Source of the DNA: Candidatus Cloacimonadota bacterium
GTDB lineage: Bacteria; Cloacimonadota; Cloacimonadia; G963667145
DNA length: 64,000 nucleotides
Direction: 5' to 3'
NCBI GenBank assembly: GCA_963676615.1
Contig: OY781092.1
Coordinates: 1,248,001 to 1,312,000, forward strand
Below are positions 20,446 to 30,144 of the stretch, piece after piece. The position numbers and the translations under genes were made by a program. Each line of letters opens with the position of its first letter. The first letter of the stretch is position 1. Below the pieces are notes generated by a model. It saw only the letters and a program-made list of their open reading frames with translations. It did not search any database and had not been told where the DNA came from.

Positions 20446-21092
20446 TTATCTTGCCCGTAGCTATTTTTCACAAATTCTTGCATCGCCAAAACATCGTCCG
20501 ACGAAATCAACTGCGGCGTGCCAATCGACTTTGCCATATAGTAAATTTTTGCCGACTTTTCCAAAACGAAACTTTTTTTGAAAGCATCCTCCAGACTTGC
20601 TCCCACGCACACAGCGCCGTGATTTGGAATCAGCACCGCTCCACGCTCGGCAAGCCCCTGAATTACGAACTTCGCCAGATCTTTCGTCCCCGGCAGAGCG
20701 TAGTTGCAGCAAACGACCTTCTCGCCCACAATCTGCGCAAAATCTTCGCAAACAGCAGGAATCTCCCAACCAAGCACGCCAAACACGCTCGAATAAACAG
20801 GATGCGTATGCACCACCGCCAGCACATCTGGACGAGCATTCAAAATTCCGATATGAAAATTATACTCAATCGACGGCTTGCGTCTGCCTTCCACCACCTG
20901 ATATTCGCTGTTCATCACCACTACATCACTCTCCGCAATTGCGCCGTAGTCCATTCCGCTGGGCTTGATATAAATAAGCCCGCTGTCTGGATCTTGCACC
21001 GAGATATTCCCCCAAGTGCCGACAGTAAGCCCATCGGCAATCATCTTTCTGCCAGCGTCAACAATCATCTTCTTAAACTTATTCGCCATCAA
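20442..21092 (-). CDS. Class II aldolase/adducin family (fuculose-1-P aldolase-like)
   Basis: GTWGNIS, IKPSG, KPSIE, VVHTHP, IPNHG. Confidence 0.88.
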   Translation of the reverse strand: MMANKFKKMIVDAGRKMIADGLTVGTWGNISVQDPDSGLIYIKPSGMDYGAIAESDVVVMNSEYQVVEGRRKPSIEYNFHIGILNARPDVLAVVHTHPVYSSVFGVLGWEIPAVCEDFAQIVGEKVVCCNYALPGTKDLAKFVIQGLAERGAVLIPNHGAVCVGASLEDAFKKSFVLEKSAKIYYMAKSIGTPQLISSDDVLAMQEFVKNSYGQDK

Positions 21093-21188
21093 AACCTCTT
21101 TATTCTTCCAAAAAAATCACCCACAAACCAAGCAAACATTGTAACTAGCTCAAAAACAACTTTCTTAAACCATAGCGCTTCGTCAAAC

Positions 21189-21221
21189 AAAAAAGGCGAA
21201 AGAGAAAAACTCTTCCGCCTT
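21189..21221 (-). terminator. Intrinsic terminator after ygfK
   Basis: Minus strand AGGCGGAAGAG-TTTTT-CTCTTTCGCCT followed by a T run. Confidence 0.75.
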
Positions 21222-21239
21222 GTCGAAATAAATCTTCGA

Positions 21240-24200
21240 TTAGTAAGCGAACAAATATTTGTGGTTTGTATAGCAAGCCCAAATAATCTCCGCAAGCCCC
21301 TCTGGCAACATTACATCTGGGCAGCCGTCTTTGTCGAAATCCACGCAAAGCACTTCTCCCCAAACTTTCACCTTGAACTTCGGAGCGTCGCCGCCTTTCA
21401 AAAGCACAAAGCCGTTGTTTTGGTTATCGCAGAAATCTCGCTCTGTCCAGAAAAGCGTGAACTTATCTTTGTATGGCTCGCCGATGTAAGGGCAGAAAAA
21501 TCCGCAGTTACCGCACTCGTTACACATCCCGTCGATATGCACGATTTGGTTCACCTTCTCCAGCTCCGCAACGCGAATTTGCACATTGGCTCTGTTCGGA
21601 CAAACCGACGAGCAGATATTACAAACCGTATCGCAACCAAGACAACGCTCAGCCTCTTTTTCGCCATCGGCAGGAGCCACCATCACAGCCTTTTTCGCCC
21701 TAATTTCGCTCTCGTCCACCTCGATGTCGTCAACCCAGAACCTGTCCTCAAAACCAACTACACCCTCTTTGAACATAATCGACTTTGCCACTTTTGTCGC
21801 ATCGGCAATCGCCTCCACAACAGTCGCCGGTCCCCTTTGCACATCGCCAGCGATGTAAACATTGCGCAAATCTGTCTCCAAAGAAAACTCGCTGATGACC
21901 TTATTCACGCCCTTCGAGTTCAAGAAACTCCAGTCAACTTTTTCGCCGATACTCGAGATAACCGTATCCACAGCCAAAGTCTCAAATTTGCCAGTGCCGA
22001 CAGGCCTTGCTCTGCCAGAAGCGTCTTTCGCGCCAAGCTCCATCACCTCGCACTTAAAACTCTTGCCGTCATAACTAACAGGCGACAACAGATTTTTGAA
22101 AATCACACCATCCTCTTGGGCAAGCTCCAGCTCCTCCAAATCCGCAGGCATCTGCTCGATAGTCCGACGATACACAATGTAAACATCGTCCGCCAACCTC
22201 TTGGCAGCGCGGGCAGCGTCCATTGCAGTGTTACCGCCACCAATCACAGCAACCTTTTTGCCGATTTTAGCCTTGCCAGCCACAAAATCGCTCAAGAAGT
22301 TAATCGCGTTCAAGCTCTCTCCGCCTTGCAAATCCACAAAAGTGTGCTTGCCAGCGCCGATAGCCAAAACCACATACTTATAGCCGCTCTCCTTCAACTT
22401 CTCAATGTCGAAATCTTGGCAATTGTAATTGAACTTCACGCCCAACTTCTCTGCCAAACTCACATCTTTGGCGATGCTATCGCGAGAAATCCTAAAATCT
22501 GGAATCACATTCACAACCGTTCCGCCAGCAGTGGCAGACTTCTCAAAAACCTCAACCGTAAAACCTTCACGAGCAAGGAAATACGACGAAGCGATACCAG
22601 CAGGACCAGCGCCGATTACAGCCACTTTCACGCCCTTAGCCTCGCCTTTTTCCAGCTTCAAGCCAGCAAACCCTTTCTCCGCAGCCAAAAGCTTCATCTC
22701 CCTAATCGCCACAGAAGCATCATACTCCATTCTCGTGCATTTATTCATACAAGTGTGCGGGCAAATCGTCCCCGTAATAAACGGAAGGGGGTTTTTCGCC
22801 GTAATAATCTGCAACGCTTTGGCATACTCGCCGCGCGCAACAGCATCCAGATAATCCGGAATATCTTGCCCAATCGGACACTGCACACTACACGGATCGA
22901 CAAAACAGTCCACCATCGGCAGCGGCTCATCGATTTTTCTGCTGCTAAGCGGGTGGTTCTCTTTTTTATGGTTCAAATCGTCAAAAACGCCATCAGCCAA
23001 CTTTTGCAAAGCCGCAACATCCACCTTTTCGTAACCGCCGTTCGGCAAAAGCGGATCCACGATACTCGCCAACTGATTGAACCTGTCATAACCACCTGGC
23101 TTGAGCAAACTCGTCGCCAAAGTAATCGGACGAATGCCGCAAGCCGCAATTTTTTCGATGTTAAAAGCGTCCGCTCCACCAGAATACGAAATCTTCAACT
23201 CGCCATTAAAATGCTTCGCCAGCTTCGCCGCCAAGTTAATCGTCAACGGATACAAAGCTCTGCCCGACATATACATCTCCTCGCCTGGCAAAATCCCCTT
23301 GCGATTTACAGACTGCAAAGTGTTCGAGAGCTTCACGCCAAACTCTTTGCCCTGCTCTTTGGCAAAAGCAATCAGGCGCTCAATCATCGGCAGCGCTTGC
23401 TCAATCTTCAGGTCGTTATCAAAAAACGCCTGTTTTTGCAAAATATCAAAGCCCAATTTCTCCCAAGTTTTTTGCAAGAAATCAGAACCCAAAAGCGTAG
23501 GATTAAGTTTGGCAAAAACATTCAACTTCTTTGTCTCCAAAAGATACTTCACGATCTTCTCGATCTCGTCTGGAGGGCATCCGTGCATCGTCGAAAGCGT
23601 AATCCCCTGACAAATTTGCGCAGGAATCGCATCGATAAACGCATCGTCAATCCCGTCGATTTTCGCATCTTTAAGCACCTTTTGGCACTCAGCAAAAATC
23701 GGTTGCGTAGAAGCGTTCTTCAGACCTTCGATAAACTGGTCAACCTTTGGATTCAAAATGCCTTCCAAGTTATAACCAACCGACATATTAAACACAAAAC
23801 GCCCGTTAGCTTTGCCCGAAAGACCAAGTTTTTTATCCAAAATATGCAAAATAAACCACGCCTTCACATACTCGTCAAAAGCGTTCGCCTCGCCGATTTT
23901 GCGCTCTTGCTCGTCTTGGCTCCAGCGCCCTATCGCCAGCTCGGTCGACCACTCTGTGTTATAACACTCGTCGGCAGACTCGATACAAGGCTTGCCCAGC
24001 TCCAGCTTGTCCAAAATTTGCACCGTCTTAATCTCAAAAAATCTGGCTCCAGCCAAATAAGAAGCGATAATATTTTGGCAAAGTTGCGAATGCGGACCAG
24101 CAGCTGGCCCTACAATTGTCGAAATCTTCTCGCCAAAAACTTCGGCAAAATTCTCATTCTTCTTTTGGAAAAACTTACCTTTCGAAACCGAAAAAATACT

Positions 24201-24275
24201 TCCATTCTCTTCATACTCGTCAAAAATCCATTTAACGAGCTTGTCCATTGGTATTCTGCGCATATGATCACTCAT
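21240..24275 (-). CDS. ygfK: YgfK-family Fe-S flavoprotein oxidoreductase (annotated as putative selenate reductase)
   Basis: GPAAGPHSQLCQN, KPCI...DECYNTEWSTEL, STMHGCPP, KLNPTLLG, GVKLSNT, GAGPAG, GGGNTAMD, C-terminal ferredoxin Cys motifs; 1011 aa. Confidence 0.93.
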   Translation of the reverse strand: MSDHMRRIPMDKLVKWIFDEYEENGSIFSVSKGKFFQKKNENFAEVFGEKISTIVGPAAGPHSQLCQNIIASYLAGARFFEIKTVQILDKLELGKPCIESADECYNTEWSTELAIGRWSQDEQERKIGEANAFDEYVKAWFILHILDKKLGLSGKANGRFVFNMSVGYNLEGILNPKVDQFIEGLKNASTQPIFAECQKVLKDAKIDGIDDAFIDAIPAQICQGITLSTMHGCPPDEIEKIVKYLLETKKLNVFAKLNPTLLGSDFLQKTWEKLGFDILQKQAFFDNDLKIEQALPMIERLIAFAKEQGKEFGVKLSNTLQSVNRKGILPGEEMYMSGRALYPLTINLAAKLAKHFNGELKISYSGGADAFNIEKIAACGIRPITLATSLLKPGGYDRFNQLASIVDPLLPNGGYEKVDVAALQKLADGVFDDLNHKKENHPLSSRKIDEPLPMVDCFVDPCSVQCPIGQDIPDYLDAVARGEYAKALQIITAKNPLPFITGTICPHTCMNKCTRMEYDASVAIREMKLLAAEKGFAGLKLEKGEAKGVKVAVIGAGPAGIASSYFLAREGFTVEVFEKSATAGGTVVNVIPDFRISRDSIAKDVSLAEKLGVKFNYNCQDFDIEKLKESGYKYVVLAIGAGKHTFVDLQGGESLNAINFLSDFVAGKAKIGKKVAVIGGGNTAMDAARAAKRLADDVYIVYRRTIEQMPADLEELELAQEDGVIFKNLLSPVSYDGKSFKCEVMELGAKDASGRARPVGTGKFETLAVDTVISSIGEKVDWSFLNSKGVNKVISEFSLETDLRNVYIAGDVQRGPATVVEAIADATKVAKSIMFKEGVVGFEDRFWVDDIEVDESEIRAKKAVMVAPADGEKEAERCLGCDTVCNICSSVCPNRANVQIRVAELEKVNQIVHIDGMCNECGNCGFFCPYIGEPYKDKFTLFWTERDFCDNQNNGFVLLKGGDAPKFKVKVWGEVLCVDFDKDGCPDVMLPEGLAEIIWACYTNHKYLFAY

Positions 24276-24590
24276 CGTTGTCTCCTGTATATTTTTTTTC
24301 TTTTAACATTCAAAGATTTTTACATCGTTGCAAGCCGTCAAACATTTTTACAAAAAGGCAAAAAACACCACTTCATCCGAAAAAAAACTAGGCAATTTTC
24401 CACAACTTTGGACTTCACCTAACTTACTGATAAAACAGAAAGATAACGCATAACTCAGCCTCTATTTCGACATCTCTTCAAAAAAAAATAAAAAACTCTT
24501 GCGGGATTTGCAGAAGTTTACTATCAATGTATTTGAATAATTTTTTCTAGCCCTTTTTGTAAAAAGGGTGAAATTCTTCTCCGGAATTGG

Positions 24591-24627
24591 TGACCACTAC
24601 TTGCAAAAGCAGTGGTCATTTTTTTTT
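24591..24627 (+). terminator. Hairpin with a 9-T tail (terminator-like on the + strand)
   Basis: TGACCACT-A-CTT-GCAA-AAG-C-AGTGGTCA-TTTTTTTTT. Confidence 0.65.
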
Positions 24628-24650
24628 GCCCCCAAAAAAACTCCATCGAC

Positions 24651-25340
24651 CTAAAAATCTAAGCCCAAATTCAGCAGATAATCTGGCTCGACATAACGAT
24701 GATAAATCGAGGCAAACTGCACAAAATAGCCGTTAAAGCGCAACTTTAGCCCCGCTCCAATCGTGTTTTTGCGCATCGAAATCTGCAAATCGCAAAATTT
24801 TTGCAGCGGCACATCGGTGGAGACCAAAAAGTTTTCGGCATCTATCAGCAAGCTCAAAAGCCTGCCATAGCGGAGTTCAGCCGCCCACTGGTTCTCTTGG
24901 ATAGACGAGCAAATCGCATAGCCCTCCAGCGAAAAAGCAGCCACTCCCATAGCCACCGCAGCGTCCCTTTTGCTGACTTTGTCGTCGTCGATCTGATGAG
25001 AAAAGCTCGCTCCAGCCCGCAATCTTCCCGTGCGAAAATTCGCCCCAAGAGAACTTTTGAACTTTTTGTATTTGGCAAAATGGAAATAGTCGTAATCGAC
25101 CGCAAAGCCAAACCTGCCAACGCTTTTGCCCGCCGACAAATGATAACTCGTCAACTTGTCATCAGCGTTATAAAACTTCGCGCCGCACGAAAAGCTAGAG
25201 TCTTGCAAAGCTGGATTTAGCAAAAAACGCCGTGCAGGCTCCAAATACAAATCGCTCTCCGCCCACAGCGCACCAAAATTCGCCAACAAAAAAATCGAGC
25301 AAAAAACCAGCGAAAATTTTTTCAGACTTATAAAAAACAT
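24651..25340 (-). CDS. Hypothetical exported protein, probable outer-membrane beta-barrel
   Basis: Signal peptide MFFISLKK...ALWA; amphipathic strands; C-terminal Phe (LNLGLDF); start set at 25340. Confidence 0.55.
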   Translation of the reverse strand: MFFISLKKFSLVFCSIFLLANFGALWAESDLYLEPARRFLLNPALQDSSFSCGAKFYNADDKLTSYHLSAGKSVGRFGFAVDYDYFHFAKYKKFKSSLGANFRTGRLRAGASFSHQIDDDKVSKRDAAVAMGVAAFSLEGYAICSSIQENQWAAELRYGRLLSLLIDAENFLVSTDVPLQKFCDLQISMRKNTIGAGLKLRFNGYFVQFASIYHRYVEPDYLLNLGLDF

Positions 25341-25380
25341 CCTCCCAAACTTTGAGAGGATGCTTATTAAATCGAAATTT

Positions 25381-26406
25381 TTATTTCCTGAGTTTTTTGA
25401 GGAAAATATCATAGTCCGCTTTGGAAGCTGGCACCCAAATTTCTCCTGCGACGATTTTCACTTTCAGCTCATCGACCTCCTGCAAAATCGCTGCGGGAAC
25501 AAGCTTTTTGGTGGTCGGTGCGATGTCCACTCCGCCCTCTTTTATGCCCTCAACGACAGTTTTGCCGCCTTCCCAGTTTCCTTCGGCAAAATCTTTTGTT
25601 ACATTATAAATCGCGTTGCCCACCATCTTCATCGAAGAAGTAATCACATTCTCTGGCGCCAAATCGCTCTGATCTCGATCCACACCAATGACCATTTTGC
25701 CCTTCTCTTTGGCGGCTTCGATCACGCCGTCTCCCACTCCGCCAGCGGCGTGCATCACCACATCCGCGCCGTTTTTATACATCTGATTGGCTATCGCTTT
25801 GCCTTTGGCAGCGTCGGAAAAGCTCGCCGCATATTGCGTCAAAATCTTGATGGAAGAGTTTGCGTATTTTGCGCCAGCCAAAAATCCATACATAAACCGA
25901 TGAATGACCGGCACATCCATTCCGCCGATAAATCCGATTGTGCCAGTTTTGCTCATTTTGGCGGCGATATAACCCGTCAAAAAGCTCGCCTCTTGCTCCT
26001 TGAACATCACGCACACCACATTCGCAGGCGTTTTGTCGCCATAAGTGAAATCGATAATTCCATACTTCTGGTTCGGATTTCTGGTGGCTTCCGCCAAAAC
26101 GATGTCCGCCATCTTAAAGCCAATGCCCCAAATAATGTCGTTTTGCGCATCGAGCATCGTCTCCAGATTCGACTGATAATCGGCGTCCTGTTTCGACTCG
26201 ACATAGCTAACCTCGATTCCCAGCCCTTTTTGCGCCTTCTGCAAACCTTCCCAGGCAGACTGATTGAAAGACTGGTCGTTCACACCTCCAACATCCGTAA
26301 CCATCGCCACTTTAGCCGTCGCTTTCGATTTCGCCTTTCCGCCGTTACAGCCAAAACAAAAAATCAACAAACCAGCCACCAAAAAAATAGTTCCTCTTTT
26401 TCCCAT
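25381..26406 (-). CDS. BMP-family nucleoside ABC transporter substrate-binding lipoprotein
   Basis: Lipobox FGC; DVGGVNDQSFNQSAWEGL, FKEQEASFLTG, IGVDRDQ. Confidence 0.92.
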   Translation of the reverse strand: MGKRGTIFLVAGLLIFCFGCNGGKAKSKATAKVAMVTDVGGVNDQSFNQSAWEGLQKAQKGLGIEVSYVESKQDADYQSNLETMLDAQNDIIWGIGFKMADIVLAEATRNPNQKYGIIDFTYGDKTPANVVCVMFKEQEASFLTGYIAAKMSKTGTIGFIGGMDVPVIHRFMYGFLAGAKYANSSIKILTQYAASFSDAAKGKAIANQMYKNGADVVMHAAGGVGDGVIEAAKEKGKMVIGVDRDQSDLAPENVITSSMKMVGNAIYNVTKDFAEGNWEGGKTVVEGIKEGGVDIAPTTKKLVPAAILQEVDELKVKIVAGEIWVPASKADYDIFLKKLRK

Positions 26407-26442
26407 TTTACTCTCCTTTATTTTTCTTTAATCAAAAACCGC

Positions 26443-27384
26443 TTAAATTTTTTGCTCTTTTTCGAACGGAACGCCGTCTGCTGCTGGCGCCATCACTTTT
26501 CCGACAAAGCAAACCAAAATCACTATCGTGAGGACATACGGCAGCATATTCAGCAAATCCATCGGCAGATTCAGCTGCTGGAACTGTCCCAAGAAAATAA
26601 CCAGCGCCTGCGCAAAGCCAAACAGCAAGCACGCCCAAAGTGCACCAAAAGGCTTCCATTTGCCGAAAATCATCGCCGCCAAAGCGATGAAGCCTTGTCC
26701 CGAAACCAGAGTCGGACGGAAGTTGGACACTATCGCCAAACTCAGCGAAGCTCCGCCCAAACCAGCCAAAGCTCCAGAGCAAATCACCGCCCAATAGCGA
26801 ATTTTTTGCACCCGAATTCCCACAGTTTGCGCCGCAACTGGATGCTCGCCCACAGCCACCAGCCGCAAACCAATGACCGTTTTATTGAGCACAAACCACA
26901 CCAAAACGACCAAAAGCACCGCTATGTAGGTCGTGGCATACATATTGTCGAAAATATAGTAGAAAAAACTGCCCTCGGGAAAAACGCCCGACAAAATGCG
27001 CGGCATCTTCTCCGCCAAAGCTATCGAAGGCGTTGTCGTTGCCCCACGAAAAATCATCCGAGAGAGAAAAAGCGAAACGCCAGGTCCGACGAAATTCAGA
27101 GCCACACCCGAGATTACCTGATTTGCCGAAAAGCTGACGCAAGCCACGGCGTGGAGTAGCCCCATTAAGCCACCAACCAAACCAGCGCAGACGAAAGCCA
27201 AAAACGGATTGCCAAAATAAAAGCCACAAGTTGCGCCGATAAACGCCCCGATGACCATCATCCCCTCTAATCCCAAGTTAATCACGCCAGATTTTTCGCT
27301 GACCACGCCAGCTAACGCACTGTAAATCAAAGGAGTTGCATACATAAAAGTCGTCCCCAAAATCAGGGCAATATTATCCAACAT
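26443..27384 (-). CDS. Nucleoside ABC transporter permease
   Basis: SEKSGVINLGLEG, GEHPVAAQTVGI, GQGFIALAAMIFGKW; start MLDN at 27384. Confidence 0.9.
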   Translation of the reverse strand: MLDNIALILGTTFMYATPLIYSALAGVVSEKSGVINLGLEGMMVIGAFIGATCGFYFGNPFLAFVCAGLVGGLMGLLHAVACVSFSANQVISGVALNFVGPGVSLFLSRMIFRGATTTPSIALAEKMPRILSGVFPEGSFFYYIFDNMYATTYIAVLLVVLVWFVLNKTVIGLRLVAVGEHPVAAQTVGIRVQKIRYWAVICSGALAGLGGASLSLAIVSNFRPTLVSGQGFIALAAMIFGKWKPFGALWACLLFGFAQALVIFLGQFQQLNLPMDLLNMLPYVLTIVILVCFVGKVMAPAADGVPFEKEQKI

Positions 27385-28507
27385 TTTTATCTCCTTTTTT
27401 CGCAAAAAACGAAAGCGCATAGGGTATTATCTTGGGCATCGCCACAAAAAAGACGATCACGCCCATCACAATATTGATTATCTCAAACGGCGCACCCATC
27501 AGCGGTTGCAGCTTTGTGCCGCCATACTTCAGCGCTCCAAAAAAAACTCCTGCCCAAAGGCTACCAAAAGCGGTGCATCCACCGATGAGAGCCACCGCAA
27601 TGCCGTCAAATCCATAGCCTTCCATCATCGACAAGATGCTGATGTTGTGCGAAACAGCCATCACCTGCAACGCTCCGGCAAGCCCAGAGAGCGCCCCAGC
27701 GATAAACATCGAGGTGACAAAGCTCTTGTTCACATCAATTCCGCCAAACTTCGCCGCATCGGAGTTGAAACCGACCGCTTTTAGCCGATAGCCGAGCGTC
27801 GTTTTTTCCAAAATGAAAAACACCAGCACGACCGCAAAAAGAGCGAAAAATATTCCCGCATTCGTCGGCGCCCGCAAAATTTCCTTGCAAAACGGATGTT
27901 GAGCCAGCCACTGAATGCCCGATTGACTCATCTTGAAATCGTTAAAAAAAGTGATAATCGCCGAGTCGAAAATGGTCTTCGTCTGCTCACTATTGGGCTT
28001 TGCCAGCCACGACAACCGCACAAAATAGTTCCGCAGATACAGCGCAATCCAGTTCAACATTATCGACGAAATCACCTCGTGGACGCCGTAGCGAGCCTTG
28101 AGAAAGCCCAGCACAGAACCAAACAAGCCTGTTATCAAGATGGTGAGCAAAATTATCAGCGGGATTTGCAGATAAAACGGCAACGAAAAAAGCGAGCCAA
28201 AAACCGCCGCAACTATCGTTCCCATAATGAATTGCCCCTCTGCGCCGATGTTAAAAAGTCCCGTGCGAAAAGCGAAAGCGACCGACAATCCCGTCAAAAT
28301 CAAAGGCGTCGCCTTGACAATCGTGTAGCTAAAATAGCTAACTTTGCCAAAAATTCCCCACAAAATAATTCCATACGCCTCAAACGGATTGTAGCCCGCC
28401 AAAGCCAGCACAACTCCGCCGCTAAAAATTCCAATCAAAATCGAAATGAGCGGAAAAAGTTTCGGGCTATCGCTGACAAATTTCCCGATTTTTTGTAAAA
28501 ACGACAT
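27374..28507 (-). CDS. Nucleoside ABC transporter permease
   Basis: AFRTGLFNIGAEGQ, HEVISSIMLN, GFDGIAVAL. Confidence 0.9.
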   Translation of the reverse strand: MSFLQKIGKFVSDSPKLFPLISILIGIFSGGVVLALAGYNPFEAYGIILWGIFGKVSYFSYTIVKATPLILTGLSVAFAFRTGLFNIGAEGQFIMGTIVAAVFGSLFSLPFYLQIPLIILLTILITGLFGSVLGFLKARYGVHEVISSIMLNWIALYLRNYFVRLSWLAKPNSEQTKTIFDSAIITFFNDFKMSQSGIQWLAQHPFCKEILRAPTNAGIFFALFAVVLVFFILEKTTLGYRLKAVGFNSDAAKFGGIDVNKSFVTSMFIAGALSGLAGALQVMAVSHNISILSMMEGYGFDGIAVALIGGCTAFGSLWAGVFFGALKYGGTKLQPLMGAPFEIINIVMGVIVFFVAMPKIIPYALSFFAKKGDKNVG

Positions 28508-28510
28508 AAC

Positions 28511-30031
28511 CTAACAACCTCCTGACATCATCAGCCCCAGCTGATTTCTATCCGCCGTCTGACCATCCAAAATCCCCACGATTTTCCCACTGTGCATCAC
28601 CGCGATGCGATCCGAGAGCGCCATAATCTCGTCCAGCTCCAACGAAACCAGCAAAATCGTCTTCCCCCGCTTTTTGTGCTCCAGCAAAGATTTTTGGATA
28701 TACTCAATCGCTCCAACATCAAGCCCTCTGGTCGGCTGACACGCAATTAAAACTTTCGGCGAAGCGTCGATTTCCCGCGCCAAAATCACCTTTTGCTGAT
28801 TTCCACCCGACAAATCTCGGGCAGGCTTATTCTCGTCCGTCGGTCGCACATCGAACGCCTGGATTAACTTTTTGGCGTAATCTTTTATCGCCTCTTTTTG
28901 CAAAATGCACCGCCGCGAAAATCTGGGCGTATTATAAACCTCCAGCACCATATTGTCCTGCACCGAAAAATCCAGCACCAGCCCGTGCTTTTGCCTATCG
29001 CTGGGGATATGCCCGATGCTACTGTCGTAAACCTGCTTGGGGCTTGCTCCCGTGACATCTTTCCCGTCGATCAACACCTGCCCGCTCTCCACATCCATCA
29101 GCCCCGTAATCGCCTGCACCAGCTCCTCCTGACCGTTTCCGTCAATCCCCGCAAGGCCCAAAATCTCCCCTTTATACGCCTCTAAATTCAGGTGATCCAC
29201 CGACAGCAGACCTTTCTCGCCACGCACACACAAATCTTTAATAATCAACAGCTTAACATTATCAGTTGGCTTTTCCCCCTTGTCAATATCCATCACCACA
29301 GAACGCCCAACCATCATCTGCGCCATCTGCTCGATCGAAGTGTCCGCAACATCCACGCTCGCCACAACTTTGCCCTTGCGAATCACCGTGCATTTATCCG
29401 CTAACTGCTTGATTTCCTTTAGCTTATGCGAAATAAAAATAACACTCTTGCCCTCTTTCGTCAGTGACTTCATCACTTTTCCCAGCTCCTGAATCTCCTG
29501 CGGCGTCAAAACGGCGGTCGGCTCATCCAAAATCAAAGTGTTCGCCTTGCGGAAAAGAGCTTTCAATATCTCCACTTTTTGCTGCATTCCCACAGAAATT
29601 TGGCTGATTTTGGCGTCTGGATCAACATTCAGCCCATACTTCTGCGAAAGCGCCACAATTTTTTCTTTGGCTTTTTCGTAATCCAAAATCCCCCGAGCGC
29701 CAGTGATTTCGGAGCCCAAAACGATGTTCTGCACCACCGTAAACGGCTTGATCAACATAAAATGCTGATGCACCATCCCAATTCCGCAGGCAATCGCATC
29801 GGACGGCGAGTTGAACTTTTTCTCGACCCCTTGCACAAAAATCGACCCGCTAGAAAGGCGATACAGCCCATAAAGCGTGTTCATCAGCGTCGATTTACCC
29901 GCGCCGTTTTCGCCCAAAATTGCCAGAATTTCGCCCTTTTTGACCTGCAAATTTATCCGATCGTTCGCCACAAAAGAGCCAAAAACCTTCGTGGCGTCCC
30001 GCATCTCCACAGCAACATTACTCTCATTCAT
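28511..30031 (-). CDS. Nucleoside ABC transporter ATP-binding protein (two ABC domains)
   Basis: GENGAGKST, GMVHQHF, LDEPT, LSGGNQQK, QPTRGLD. Confidence 0.93.
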   Translation of the reverse strand: MNESNVAVEMRDATKVFGSFVANDRINLQVKKGEILAILGENGAGKSTLMNTLYGLYRLSSGSIFVQGVEKKFNSPSDAIACGIGMVHQHFMLIKPFTVVQNIVLGSEITGARGILDYEKAKEKIVALSQKYGLNVDPDAKISQISVGMQQKVEILKALFRKANTLILDEPTAVLTPQEIQELGKVMKSLTKEGKSVIFISHKLKEIKQLADKCTVIRKGKVVASVDVADTSIEQMAQMMVGRSVVMDIDKGEKPTDNVKLLIIKDLCVRGEKGLLSVDHLNLEAYKGEILGLAGIDGNGQEELVQAITGLMDVESGQVLIDGKDVTGASPKQVYDSSIGHIPSDRQKHGLVLDFSVQDNMVLEVYNTPRFSRRCILQKEAIKDYAKKLIQAFDVRPTDENKPARDLSGGNQQKVILAREIDASPKVLIACQPTRGLDVGAIEYIQKSLLEHKKRGKTILLVSLELDEIMALSDRIAVMHSGKIVGILDGQTADRNQLGLMMSGGC

Positions 30032-30144
30032 ATTTCACCTTTAAAAATATCAATAACCAACTCTCGCTATCTGAGCAAAAATAATCGCAAATGTCAAGCT
30101 AAAAAAAACTCTCGCCGCTAAAATCAAAAATTGCCAAAAATCGC

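Noticed and set aside
21240..24275. Selenocysteine or stop-codon recoding
   Set aside because: ygfK and the other core genes are full length under the standard code; no in-frame TGA needs readthrough.
20451..24422. 1323-aa + strand ORF antisense to ygfK and the aldolase
   Set aside because: No recognisable motifs. It is a shadow frame, explained by minus-strand genes rarely using TTA/CTA/TCA codons.
24276..24500. Possible purine riboswitch upstream of ygfK
   Set aside because: The conserved purine aptamer words (such as GUUUCUAC) are absent on the minus strand.
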